A stretch of 24,056 bases of DNA, taken from positions 1 through 24,056 of IMG/VR virus record IMGVR_UViG_3300020044_003501; one strand, given 5' to 3'. Each line of letters starts with the position of its first letter. Positions within the stretch are counted from its first letter, which is position 1. This stretch comes from a virus (Duplodnaviria; Caudoviricetes). Below the pieces are notes generated by a model. The model saw nothing but the letters and a program-made list of their open reading frames with translations. It was not told where the DNA came from and made no database searches. The position numbers and the translations under genes are program-made. This document shows positions 16,611 to 24,056 of this stretch, one piece after another.

Positions 16611-18082
16611 CGTGCGCTCCCCGGTCGTGCGTCAATGCGCGGCACGCCCCACCGCCAATCGGTGTTATCTTCGCCCGTGACGCGCAGGCTGATCTGCCGT
16701 CCCGTGAAGCGTGTGCTGGTCGGATTGGCCATGCTATACGGGCCGTAGGTTCGCTCGGTGTCGTTGGGGTAGAAGCGCGTCTTGAATGTGACCGTGGCCT
16801 GCCCCTGCGTGCGCTCATCGGGGATCAATTCGACCACAGACATGGTCGTGTCACCTGCTCCGATCTGGATCGGGCCGCTTTCGGCGTAGACCGCGCTGCC
16901 ATCAGTCCGGTGGCCGATTTCATGGCTTACGGGTTCGCCCCCCGGCGTCATCCAAATCGGTGTTGTAAAGACGCCCGCGTCGATGCCGCTGGTGCGCGCC
17001 AACTGCCCGATGGCCCAATGGTTTTCCTTGTAGTTATAGACGACATAGCTGTCGTTTTCAGTACCTGTGCTTGACGGATAGAACCACCAAATTTCAGAGA
17101 ACTTAGCGTTGGGGACAGCAGCAACTTTGGACCGCTGGTTGAAGTTCATGTTGCTGAACACATAGTCCGCGACCTCGCTGGGGATCGGCTGCACCGCCCC
17201 GCCCCCGTACATGAAAAACCCGCGCTGCCCCATCCAGAACACGCCCGCATCAACCGCAGCCGCGCAGAGGCGCGAAACCGCGCCGCAGGCTGACCCGACG
17301 CGCTCAAACCCGTAGACGTATGGCGGGCCTTGATACGTCGCCGCGTGCGCATCGCTGTCGGTCAAAATCAGGGTCTGGCCGCGTGTGCGGATGCCCAGCA
17401 TGATCTGGCTGACTGTCTGCAACTCAATGTCGCCTGCCTCGTTGGTGGCCGTCGGCGTCCAGTCGGTGATGTTTTCCCGGTCGGACCATTGCACCTTGCG
17501 GTAGTTGCCGCCCGCGCCCAGCGCGAACAGAAACCGCTCTGCCGTGACGACAAGGGCGTCGCAGTTTGTGGGTGCGCCGCTGATGGCGACAGCATCGGTT
17601 GCCGTGTTCAGCGACCATTGCAGCAGTTGGCCGTCTTTATCGCTGCACGCGACAAGCGTCTCGCCCCAGTTGTCCAGCGACCACGTCGTTGCGGGCAGAG
17701 ACTGGCTGTCGTCTGGGCGCGCAATGCCATATGCGGCAGTGCCGTAAAAACTGCCACCATAACCGAGGTTGACGGTGCTGTCCGCCGTTCCAACCACAAG
17801 ACCCGCAGGCGTGATGTCGGTGATGGCGTTGTTTGCTGACCCGACAAATAGCTTTTCGTAGCTGCCCGACGCAAACCAACGATTGTTGCTCAGATCGCGC
17901 CATGCCAGCGCGTCACCCAACGGCTTATCCGTCATCGCCGCGCGCGTCAGCCAGCCACCGACAGGCTGCATTGTGCCATCGACCCAGCGCACCAGCGACG
18001 CATCCCGCCAGCGGTTTGCGGCCTGCAAATCGGTGCCGTTGCGGTAGACGCCGGGGGGCAGTTGGAGCGGGATCAGGGGCAT
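16607..18082 (-). CDS. Tail nozzle / packaged-DNA stabilisation protein (P22 gp10-like)
   Basis: MPLIPLQLPPGVYRNGT start with AAGGA RBS (18082 rather than 18133); Trp-rich beta-propeller motifs WSLDNWGE, VQWSDRE, EIWWFYPS. Confidence 0.75.
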   Translation of the reverse strand: MPLIPLQLPPGVYRNGTDLQAANRWRDASLVRWVDGTMQPVGGWLTRAAMTDKPLGDALAWRDLSNNRWFASGSYEKLFVGSANNAITDITPAGLVVGTADSTVNLGYGGSFYGTAAYGIARPDDSQSLPATTWSLDNWGETLVACSDKDGQLLQWSLNTATDAVAISGAPTNCDALVVTAERFLFALGAGGNYRKVQWSDRENITDWTPTATNEAGDIELQTVSQIMLGIRTRGQTLILTDSDAHAATYQGPPYVYGFERVGSACGAVSRLCAAAVDAGVFWMGQRGFFMYGGGAVQPIPSEVADYVFSNMNFNQRSKVAAVPNAKFSEIWWFYPSSTGTENDSYVVYNYKENHWAIGQLARTSGIDAGVFTTPIWMTPGGEPVSHEIGHRTDGSAVYAESGPIQIGAGDTTMSVVELIPDERTQGQATVTFKTRFYPNDTERTYGPYSMANPTSTRFTGRQISLRVTGEDNTDWRWGVPRIDARPGSAR

Positions 18083-18095
18083 GTCGTTGTCCTTG

Positions 18096-18938
18096 TCAGG
18101 CGAACAGTTTGGCCAGCGTCTGCGGCCCAGCAACGCCGTCAGCCGTCAAACCATTGGCCTGTTGCCAGCGTTTTACCGCGCTCTCAGTGGCGGGTCCGAA
18201 GCTGCCGTCAGGCACCATGCCGAGGCGCTTTTGCAGGCGATGCCCGTCGTCGCCTTTGTCGCCACGGCGCAGCGTGTTGTCGGGCGCGGTGACAGTCGAT
18301 CCGGCGGGCATGTTCAGGATCGCCAGCGCGCGGACGTAGCGGTTGCGGCGGTCGTCCAGCCCGATGTTGCCGCCGTTGATGATCTTGGTCAGCTTTACCA
18401 CGTCGCCAGTGTCCGCGATGGGGTTCAGGTTCCGGCTGTCCCAGAACCACAGGGCTGACTGAAGCGCCCCATCCTTGGTCAGGAGGTACTCTGCCGCCTG
18501 CTCCGCCGTCATGCCGACCTGCCTGCCAAAGGCTTCATGGTTGGCGCGCCCAGTGACCTGCTTCAGGCCCTTGCCCCGGAACAGCCAGCCGTCGCCATCC
18601 TGCACATTGCCAAGCGCCCCGGAGGTGCTGCGGTGCTTGTCCATGTAGACGTAGTTGGCCAGCTTTTCCGGCTTGTGCGCATACTCTGCGGGGTCTTCTT
18701 TGTCGAAACCAAAGTACCGGGGGAAGACGCGCAGCAGCGTCTCTTCGCGGTAGTTCAGGTTTTCCTCCAGCCGAGTGAAGTCCGCGCTTTCGTGGGCGCA
18801 CTGGGCGATGAAGCCCGCGATCCGGTGCGGCGTGGTGATGCCAAAGCGCGGCAGGTGCTCGTTGATGGCGTCCAGCCAGTCGGCGGCATTGCTGTTGGTC
18901 GGCAGCATGGCCGACAGTTGTGCGGCGGTCAGCGTCAC
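18096..18938 (-). CDS. Endolysin, glycoside hydrolase family 19 with C-terminal peptidoglycan-binding domain
   Basis: FIAQCAHES...LEENLNY, DGWLFRGKGLKQVTGR and INGG.IGLDDR motifs; C-terminal LRRGDKG...DGSFGPAT...GLTADGVAGPQT. Confidence 0.92.
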   Translation of the reverse strand: MTLTAAQLSAMLPTNSNAADWLDAINEHLPRFGITTPHRIAGFIAQCAHESADFTRLEENLNYREETLLRVFPRYFGFDKEDPAEYAHKPEKLANYVYMDKHRSTSGALGNVQDGDGWLFRGKGLKQVTGRANHEAFGRQVGMTAEQAAEYLLTKDGALQSALWFWDSRNLNPIADTGDVVKLTKIINGGNIGLDDRRNRYVRALAILNMPAGSTVTAPDNTLRRGDKGDDGHRLQKRLGMVPDGSFGPATESAVKRWQQANGLTADGVAGPQTLAKLFA

Positions 18939-19117
18939 TTTTTCTGCTCCTTGCCGCCCTCAATGGCCCCCAACAGGAAGGCATCAACGTTCCCGGTTGC
19001 CGCCGCCTTGATGGCGTTTTCAATCGGGTCGGGCAGATCGACCTTGTTCAGGATCGCCCCGACGGCCTGCTCGTTGACCTTGCGGCCAAACATGGCCCCC
19101 AACAGTCGCATGATCAT
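18935..19117 (-). CDS. Small hypothetical protein in lysis cassette (60 aa)
   Basis: GAGGGGG RBS; overlaps both neighbours by 4 bp. Confidence 0.65.
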   Translation of the reverse strand: MIMRLLGAMFGRKVNEQAVGAILNKVDLPDPIENAIKAAATGNVDAFLLGAIEGGKEQKK

Positions 19118-19386
19118 TTGGCATCCCCCTCGTCATCGTCGCTGCGCCGATCTGACTTGTTCCCCGCAGCAAGCACGCCAGATAGCCCCCCCACGATGAA
19201 CGAGGCAATCGGGGTCAGCAGTTCAAAGAACTTGCGGTCGTTTTCGCTGGTGTCGCCCAGCGGCTGGGTCACGAACACCAGAGAATACAGGATAAAGAAG
19301 ATCGTCCCGCCAAGGATGACGGTCAGCGCCACGCCGATGAAATACCGCAGGCGGGCCTCAAGTACATCGGGGTCAGTCCGCGACAT
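19114..19386 (-). CDS. Putative holin (2 TM)
   Basis: Hydrophobic segments YFIGVALTVILGGTIFFILYSLVFV and LLTPIASFIVGGLSGVLAA, charged tail; GGAG RBS; near the endolysin. Confidence 0.6.
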   Translation of the reverse strand: MSRTDPDVLEARLRYFIGVALTVILGGTIFFILYSLVFVTQPLGDTSENDRKFFELLTPIASFIVGGLSGVLAAGNKSDRRSDDDEGDAK

Positions 19387-19567
19387 TTAAGTCTCCCATG
19401 AGTTGGTGCGGGCAGGTCTTGTTGGCGCTACAGATCGGCGGTTGGCAGGACGGTTCAGACCAGTTTAGTGGGTCTTGGCAGTGGTAACGGTAGCGTCCGT
19501 CGCCAGAGACGACAAAGACCGCCACGACAAAAGCGGCGAGGGCGATCCAGATCAGTTTCTCTCGCAT
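19373..19567 (-). CDS. Membrane-anchored four-Cys small protein in lysis cassette
   Basis: N-terminal hydrophobic helix followed by RYRYHCQDPLNWSEPSCQPPICSANKTCP; ATG 19567 is best spaced from GAAGGGG. Confidence 0.65.
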   Translation of the reverse strand: MREKLIWIALAAFVVAVFVVSGDGRYRYHCQDPLNWSEPSCQPPICSANKTCPHQLMGDLNVAD

Positions 19568-19578
19568 GGACATCCCCT

Positions 19579-19833
19579 TCACTTCTGCGTTCGTTCGACC
19601 AGTCGATCCAGCAGGCGGTCCATCTTGGCGTCCAGCGCCTCAATGCGGAGGATAACACGGTTGATGTCCCCATGCACCTCCGCTTTGGTCACATACTCCT
19701 TGGCCAGTTCCTCGCGCGTGCGGTTCAGCAAAACTTGCAGGCGCTGCTGCTCATCTGCGTGGCCCTTCAGCAGCCAGCCGATCAACCCCAGCACGGCGGT
19801 CAAGACGGCGCTCCACAGCATCTCCGGTGTCAT
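19579..19833 (-). CDS. Single-TM coiled-coil protein (holin/antiholin-like)
   Basis: MLWSAVLTAVLGLIGWLL then TREELAKEYVTK...LDAKMDRL; first gene of the lysis cassette. Confidence 0.65.
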   Translation of the reverse strand: MTPEMLWSAVLTAVLGLIGWLLKGHADEQQRLQVLLNRTREELAKEYVTKAEVHGDINRVILRIEALDAKMDRLLDRLVERTQK

Positions 19834-19839
19834 GGCGCG

Positions 19840-20631
19840 TCACCGAAAGACGACAAGGTTGATCAACTGATGGTCCTGCGCTGTCGTCCCCGTGTCTGTC
19901 GTCAAAATCCTGACGGTGGTTGTGGTCTGCGAGAATACCTTCCGGTTTCCGTCCGTTGTGGTCGTGTTATTGGTCCGCGCGCCAGACACTATCGCCGCAT
20001 AGTTTGCGTCGGTCATCGCTGTGCTAAACGTGACCGTGTAGTCGCCCGTGCCGTTCTTGGTGACCCCGCTGATGTTGGCTGACCCCAGCACCGTCCCCGT
20101 CGATCCGTTGTATGTCAGCCACGCGCGCGGGGCGTAAATCGGTGCCGATCCGGGGGCAGTAAAGCCCAGTGTCGTGCGGGCTGTCGCGGCGTCCGTGTCG
20201 TCCAGCAGGGTGCGGGCAAAGGAAGTAAACGTCGCAAGCGATGCCGTCGTCGTCCCCGTGTAGTATGCCAGCCTGTCGGCTGCGGGTGTCAGCAGCCCGA
20301 TGCTTGTAATAGCTATCGACGCGGCTGCTTTACTGTTAAGCTGGATCTGGATAGACGACGTGACGCCATCCACATAACCTAGTTCTGTCCCGGTCAGCGT
20401 TGCCGGGACACCCGTCAAAGCGTTCAGGTTTGCCGCCGTGGCGGTCACCGCCGTGCCGTCGATCTTCCACAGACCGCCAGACAGGTTCGGCTTGGCCTTC
20501 TGCGCGCCCGTACCGCCCAGCAGGGCGTCGATGGCGTCCAGATCGGCGTTCAGCTTGGTCCCCCATGTGTCGGAACTGCCCCCGACTTCGGGTTTGGTAA
20601 GCGCGAAGTTCGTCGTCGTTGTGTCGGCCAT
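19840..20631 (-). CDS. Tail fibre protein
   Basis: N-terminal anchor [49 protein letters not shown], and C-terminal RAWLTYNG...[17 protein letters not shown] tip. Confidence 0.78.
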   Translation of the reverse strand: MADTTTTNFALTKPEVGGSSDTWGTKLNADLDAIDALLGGTGAQKAKPNLSGGLWKIDGTAVTATAANLNALTGVPATLTGTELGYVDGVTSSIQIQLNSKAAASIAITSIGLLTPAADRLAYYTGTTTASLATFTSFARTLLDDTDAATARTTLGFTAPGSAPIYAPRAWLTYNGSTGTVLGSANISGVTKNGTGDYTVTFSTAMTDANYAAIVSGARTNNTTTTDGNRKVFSQTTTTVRILTTDTGTTAQDHQLINLVVFR

Positions 20632-20643
20632 GCGCCACCCCCT

Positions 20644-21237
20644 TTATGCTGCAACCCAGAAACCCGAAGAGGGTGTGGTGGGTGTCCATGTCTCATCTGT
20701 CGCCGTCTGCTCCGTCCATGCCTCGGACGTTGGTGCGGTAGGCTCCCAGACAAGACGGCCTGTCGCGGTCACTGTACACGAAACATCCGCCAGTACGCTA
20801 GACACCACCGAAATGCCGCCTGATACCTGCGTTGCCGTAGCAACGCTGGCCGCTACTGCGCCTTCGCTTTGCGCTATGCCAGCTATGGCTGTGCTGGCGC
20901 TGATGGTGCCCACAGCCGTCCCGGCTTGCACCCGCCGCGCGCCGACAGCCGTGGTGGTGTTTATGCTGTCAGCAACAGCCCCCACTATGGTTTGCGTTGC
21001 CGTTGCGGTGACTGTTGTCGTCGTGCTGACGTTGTCAGCAGCTTTTCCTGCCTGTACCCGCCGCGCTGACACTGTCGTCGTCGTTGTGGGCGTGCTGACG
21101 CAGGCCCCGCGCAATACTTTTCTGGCCGCGACGACAGTTGTCGTCGTGACCGTATCCGCCACTGCGCCCTGCTGCGGAACTACTTGACCGCCGTCGTCGC
21201 CAAGAGGCAACGATGCAATGGGGTTGAAACCCAGCAT
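20644..21237 (-). CDS. Thr/Ala/Val-rich repetitive virion structural protein
   Basis: MLGFNPIASLPL start, ~21-aa beta repeats and a Trp-periodic tail; located among fibre genes. Confidence 0.65.
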   Translation of the reverse strand: MLGFNPIASLPLGDDGGQVVPQQGAVADTVTTTTVVAARKVLRGACVSTPTTTTTVSARRVQAGKAADNVSTTTTVTATATQTIVGAVADSINTTTAVGARRVQAGTAVGTISASTAIAGIAQSEGAVAASVATATQVSGGISVVSSVLADVSCTVTATGRLVWEPTAPTSEAWTEQTATDETWTPTTPSSGFWVAA

Positions 21238-21243
21238 CGCCGT

Positions 21244-21411
21244 TTACTCCGCAGGCGGCGGGCTAAACGTCTGCCCGTCATAGAGCCAGCCGGGGCCGAC
21301 CTCAATCGGTGCGGTGATCAGTGGGGCGAGATACTCAGGAACATCCCACAGGGTGTATGCCTCAACAACGACCCCGTCCTCGACCCGCGCCTTCACAATT
21401 GGATCAATCAT
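21244..21411 (-). CDS. Putative tail fibre assembly chaperone (55 aa), not in ORF track
   Basis: ATGA overlap with the fibre gene; [19 protein letters not shown]...[18 protein letters not shown] carries a GWxYDGxxFxxP motif seen in fibre-assembly proteins. Confidence 0.7.
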   Translation of the reverse strand: MIDPIVKARVEDGVVVEAYTLWDVPEYLAPLITAPIEVGPGWLYDGQTFSPPPAE

Positions 21412-22202
21412 GCCCACGGCCCCCCAAATGCGTCAGTTGAAATTGCGGAACGACGCTTGATGACGATGTAAGAACCCGTGTTGACGACCGCCGGTGATGC
21501 CGTCCCAAGAGTTATTGTGGGAGTGATTTCCCCGGCTGTGGTGATGCGAAAGCTGCCACGAATAGTTGCCTGAAGTATGGCCTGCGCCGACGCAATGACC
21601 ATGGGTTGGAGGGTGACCCCGCCAACGGCGACGACGATCTGCGGCCCCTGTGGCGTTGTGTTGACTTGGTCCGTGCCAATCACAGAATAAAGGCCACCAG
21701 CAACCGTCGCCGTGGCGATACCCGCAATGCGGAACTGCGCGTTGGTGTTACCTGTCCCCATGCTGGTGAGGAGGAACTGAGTGTAGTACTCGTACACCCC
21801 AACACCAAGTGTCACTTTCCCGTTGGTGCTTCCGTTGAACAACTTTTGGATGCTGGTGTTGCTGGTCAAAACATAGTTGTTTTGCAGCATCATCCAGTAT
21901 TCTGGGCCAGAAAAGTCATCCGCGATGGGGCTGATAAAGACCGTGGCTGCGCCAGACAGGTTCAGGAGCGACCCCGTGCTGGACTGCACCAAGGTGCGAG
22001 ACATCGTCGTACCCGAAGAGGTGTACAGACCGTCACCGATTTCCCAATTTGACCCGTCTTCAATGACGTAACGGACCCCTTCACCGTCAACAATTCCGCC
22101 CGCAGCAAAGGACTGGAAACCAGACGACGCCGATCCGAGGGTAATCGTCCCCGTCCCAGTCGTCGCCGTTGTCATCTTTACGCGGTTGGCAAGCATCACC
22201 AT
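21408..22202 (-). CDS. Tail fibre / receptor-binding protein
   Basis: N-terminal [20 protein letters not shown]...WEIG.G.Y adaptor domain and beta-rich C-terminal domain; GAGG RBS. Confidence 0.72.
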   Translation of the reverse strand: MVMLANRVKMTTATTGTGTITLGSASSGFQSFAAGGIVDGEGVRYVIEDGSNWEIGDGLYTSSGTTMSRTLVQSSTGSLLNLSGAATVFISPIADDFSGPEYWMMLQNNYVLTSNTSIQKLFNGSTNGKVTLGVGVYEYYTQFLLTSMGTGNTNAQFRIAGIATATVAGGLYSVIGTDQVNTTPQGPQIVVAVGGVTLQPMVIASAQAILQATIRGSFRITTAGEITPTITLGTASPAVVNTGSYIVIKRRSAISTDAFGGPWA

Positions 22203-22212
22203 GTCGTCACCC

Positions 22213-22593
22213 TCAGTTTAGCGTGACATCAAAGTCGCCTGCCGGGATGCGAAACACGTCTCCGCTGGCGATGGTCTTGCTGACCGTCAGCGCACCATAG
22301 GTGATGATGTTGCCGCCCGTCGATGCGTCCATGATCGATGCCGCGACAATGGTCCCCCACGACGCCGACGCGGTCGGCCAGTCAATGGATGCCGTGTTGG
22401 ACGCCGTGTCCCCCGTGACCGACATGGTCACGGCCTGCCGCGCGTAGCTGCCGCCGCTGACCTCGGTGCCTGCCGTGCTGTCGGTCGGCGCGGTCGTGTA
22501 CAGGGCGATATACCACGTCGTGGGGCGCGTCACGGCCCCCGTGGTGAACAGCCAGTTCAAGGTCGTTGTTTCGTAGGTATCCGAAAGGCTCAT
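22213..22593 (-). CDS. Minor tail/structural protein (126 aa)
   Basis: YIALYTTAP....[12 protein letters not shown]...WGTI...[14 protein letters not shown], a conserved phage structural pattern. Confidence 0.75.
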   Translation of the reverse strand: MSLSDTYETTTLNWLFTTGAVTRPTTWYIALYTTAPTDSTAGTEVSGGSYARQAVTMSVTGDTASNTASIDWPTASASWGTIVAASIMDASTGGNIITYGALTVSKTIASGDVFRIPAGDFDVTLN

Positions 22594-23213
22594 GGCGCTC
22601 CCCGTCGTGTTTTCATCCGCAGACCCGTGCCGCCGTACTTGGCGTCGCCGGAACTGGTGGTCAACGCACCCAGTCCCAACCCAAAAAGGCTCTCCCAGAC
22701 GCCCAGTCGGGCGTCGTCTTTCAAGTATGGTGCCGTGTGGATCAGTGACCCGTAGAGGTAGACATCCGGTGCCTCGGTCAGCAGCCAGTTGGTGGTGTTC
22801 GTGTCCGACAGGGCCGCAATGCGGCCATAGTAGACCAACGAGGCCGTGTAGCTGCTGTCGGGCGTCGGGAACAGTTCCAGACTGTTGCTGGTCAGGGCAT
22901 AGTATTCTGGGCGTCCTGTGATGTCGGCGCGGTCCTGCCGCATCTGGAGCATCTGGGCCGTGCTGATCGGCGCGATCTCGCCCGTGTAGGTGTCCAGCAA
23001 CTGAAGCCGGATCGGGCGCAGGAAGTTCGTCGGCAGCGTGCTATACTGGGCGTCCAGCACAGCCGTGCTGCGCTGCTCTTGACGCCAGTGCCGCAATTCG
23101 CGGTCGATCCGCGCTTCGCACAGCCGGATGAACGTCGGGATCGCCGCCGTCAGATCATCGCGGTTCAAAAAGTCCGCGATGGACGTTTGCAATTCTGCGT
23201 AATCGGCGATCAT
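22590..23213 (-). CDS. Head-tail adaptor protein
   Basis: YAELQTSIADFLNRDDLT..IPTFIRLCEARI.RELR, GRPEYY, PTPD, NWLLTEAPDVYLYGSL motifs. Confidence 0.82.
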   Translation of the reverse strand: MIADYAELQTSIADFLNRDDLTAAIPTFIRLCEARIDRELRHWRQEQRSTAVLDAQYSTLPTNFLRPIRLQLLDTYTGEIAPISTAQMLQMRQDRADITGRPEYYALTSNSLELFPTPDSSYTASLVYYGRIAALSDTNTTNWLLTEAPDVYLYGSLIHTAPYLKDDARLGVWESLFGLGLGALTTSSGDAKYGGTGLRMKTRRGAP

Positions 23214-23362
23214 TTCTTGCCCTTCTTGGCCGTCTTAGCCGATGCCTTAAATGCCGATGCCGTGGGCGCTCCCTTGGCCCCCGGCTTTCGCATTTTCTCG
23301 CCCGACCCAGCCTTGATGCGCTCGCGCTTGGCGTGGATGTTGTCGTACAGGCCCTTGCTCAT
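23210..23362 (-). CDS. Small basic protein (50 aa)
   Basis: MSKGLYDNIHAKRERIKAGSGEKMRKPGAKGAPT...KKGKK; ATGA overlaps on both sides fix the start at 23362. Confidence 0.72.
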   Translation of the reverse strand: MSKGLYDNIHAKRERIKAGSGEKMRKPGAKGAPTASAFKASAKTAKKGKK

Positions 23363-23454
23363 TTCTTGCCCTTCATCATGCAGCGGCCTGCGGCCTTGCA
23401 CTTGGCAGGGCTGGGGCAACCCTTGCAGGGGGTGAATTTGACAGGCTTCTTCAT
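23359..23454 (-). CDS. Basic four-Cys microprotein (31 aa), not in ORF track
   Basis: MKKPVKFTPCKGCPSPAKCKAAGRCMMKGKK; starts 1 bp after the upstream stop, GGGAAG upstream. Confidence 0.65.
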   Translation of the reverse strand: MKKPVKFTPCKGCPSPAKCKAAGRCMMKGKK

Positions 23455-23455
23455 G

Positions 23456-23593
23456 TCACTTCTTCCCTCTCTTGGCCTTGCCCGCCTTAGACAGGGCGAT
23501 GGCGATGGCCTGTTTCTGCGGCTTGCCTGCCTTTATCTCGGCGCGGATGTTAGCAGAAACGACCTTCGGGGACGACCCTTTTTTCAGCGGCAT
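23456..23593 (-). CDS. Small basic protein (45 aa)
   Basis: [45 protein letters not shown]; ATG 23593 with AAAGGG RBS. Confidence 0.75.
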   Translation of the reverse strand: MPLKKGSSPKVVSANIRAEIKAGKPQKQAIAIALSKAGKAKRGKK

Positions 23594-23594
23594 C

Positions 23595-24056
23595 TCATAG
23601 ACCCTTTCGTGTGGCGCGGTTGACCAGTGCGTCATAGGCAAACAGGTCGGCGGCTTCTTTGCCTTGGCTGGCCAAGATTTCGTCATACCGCGAGTTGATG
23701 TCCACCCACTCGGGGTCAATGTCCTGCCGCAGTTTGGTGTTCATCTGGAACTTGCGCAGGTCGTTAGGCAGCGCGTCGGTGCGAAGCATGTTCGCGCCTT
23801 TCTTGGTTGCGCTGACCATGCTTGGGTATGCGACATCGGGGAACATCAAATACCATGGGCGGGGTTCGCCCATCGTCATGCTCGGCCCAACCTTGTTCAC
23901 ATACCCCCCGTAGGTGGCATGGATGTCACCTCCATGCCTGCGGATCACGTCGCTGGGCGCAGGCTCAAAGACGCGGTAGCCGCTGCTTAGGAGGTCGGCC
24001 CCGACAAGGTTGGGGTCCATTGTCGCCCAGCGTGTTGCCGCGACGCTGGGGACGCC
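23595..24056 (-). CDS. C-terminal part of hypothetical protein, 5' end outside window
   Basis: Frame stays open from the window edge ([17 protein letters not shown]...) to TGA at 23595. Confidence 0.65.
   Translation of the reverse strand, partial: GVPSVAATRWATMDPNLVGADLLSSGYRVFEPAPSDVIRRHGGDIHATYGGYVNKVGPSMTMGEPRPWYLMFPDVAYPSMVSATKKGANMLRTDALPNDLRKFQMNTKLRQDIDPEWVDINSRYDEILASQGKEAADLFAYDALVNRATRKGL

Noticed and set aside
19840-22202. Diversity-generating retroelement targeting fibres
   Set aside because: No reverse transcriptase and no template/variable repeat pair seen in the window.
1-24056. tRNA, integrase, or defence system genes
   Set aside because: None recognised; intergenic spaces are too short for tRNAs apart from the leader elements, which lack a cloverleaf.

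Overview
This is a 24 kb fragment of a GC-rich tailed dsDNA phage with a podovirus-type virion module; the promoter form weakly suggests an alphaproteobacterial host. The + strand arm (1-4849) carries small early genes, an SNF2-family helicase, a dCTP deaminase and a DUF6378-like protein. These are followed by two accessory cassettes, each preceded by a copy of the same ~85 bp promoter + stem-loop + RBS element, and the second cassette encodes a DUF932 protein. The - strand arm (24056 to 4869) is one tightly packed morphogenesis run. In transcription order it holds three tiny Lys-rich proteins, head-tail adaptor, tail and fibre genes, an embedded lysis cassette with a GH19 endolysin, tail nozzle, a GNAT-like protein, four ejection-type proteins, and only then portal, scaffold and major capsid protein. 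The two arms converge on a 10-bp hairpin. The most notable observations are the duplicated leader element with compensatory stem changes, a Cys-initiated CWVAREVYG (CFI-box-like) C-terminal domain on a repeat-rich ejection protein, the permuted head-last gene order, and three microproteins that all end in GKK. All family assignments come from motif recognition by eye, not database searches.
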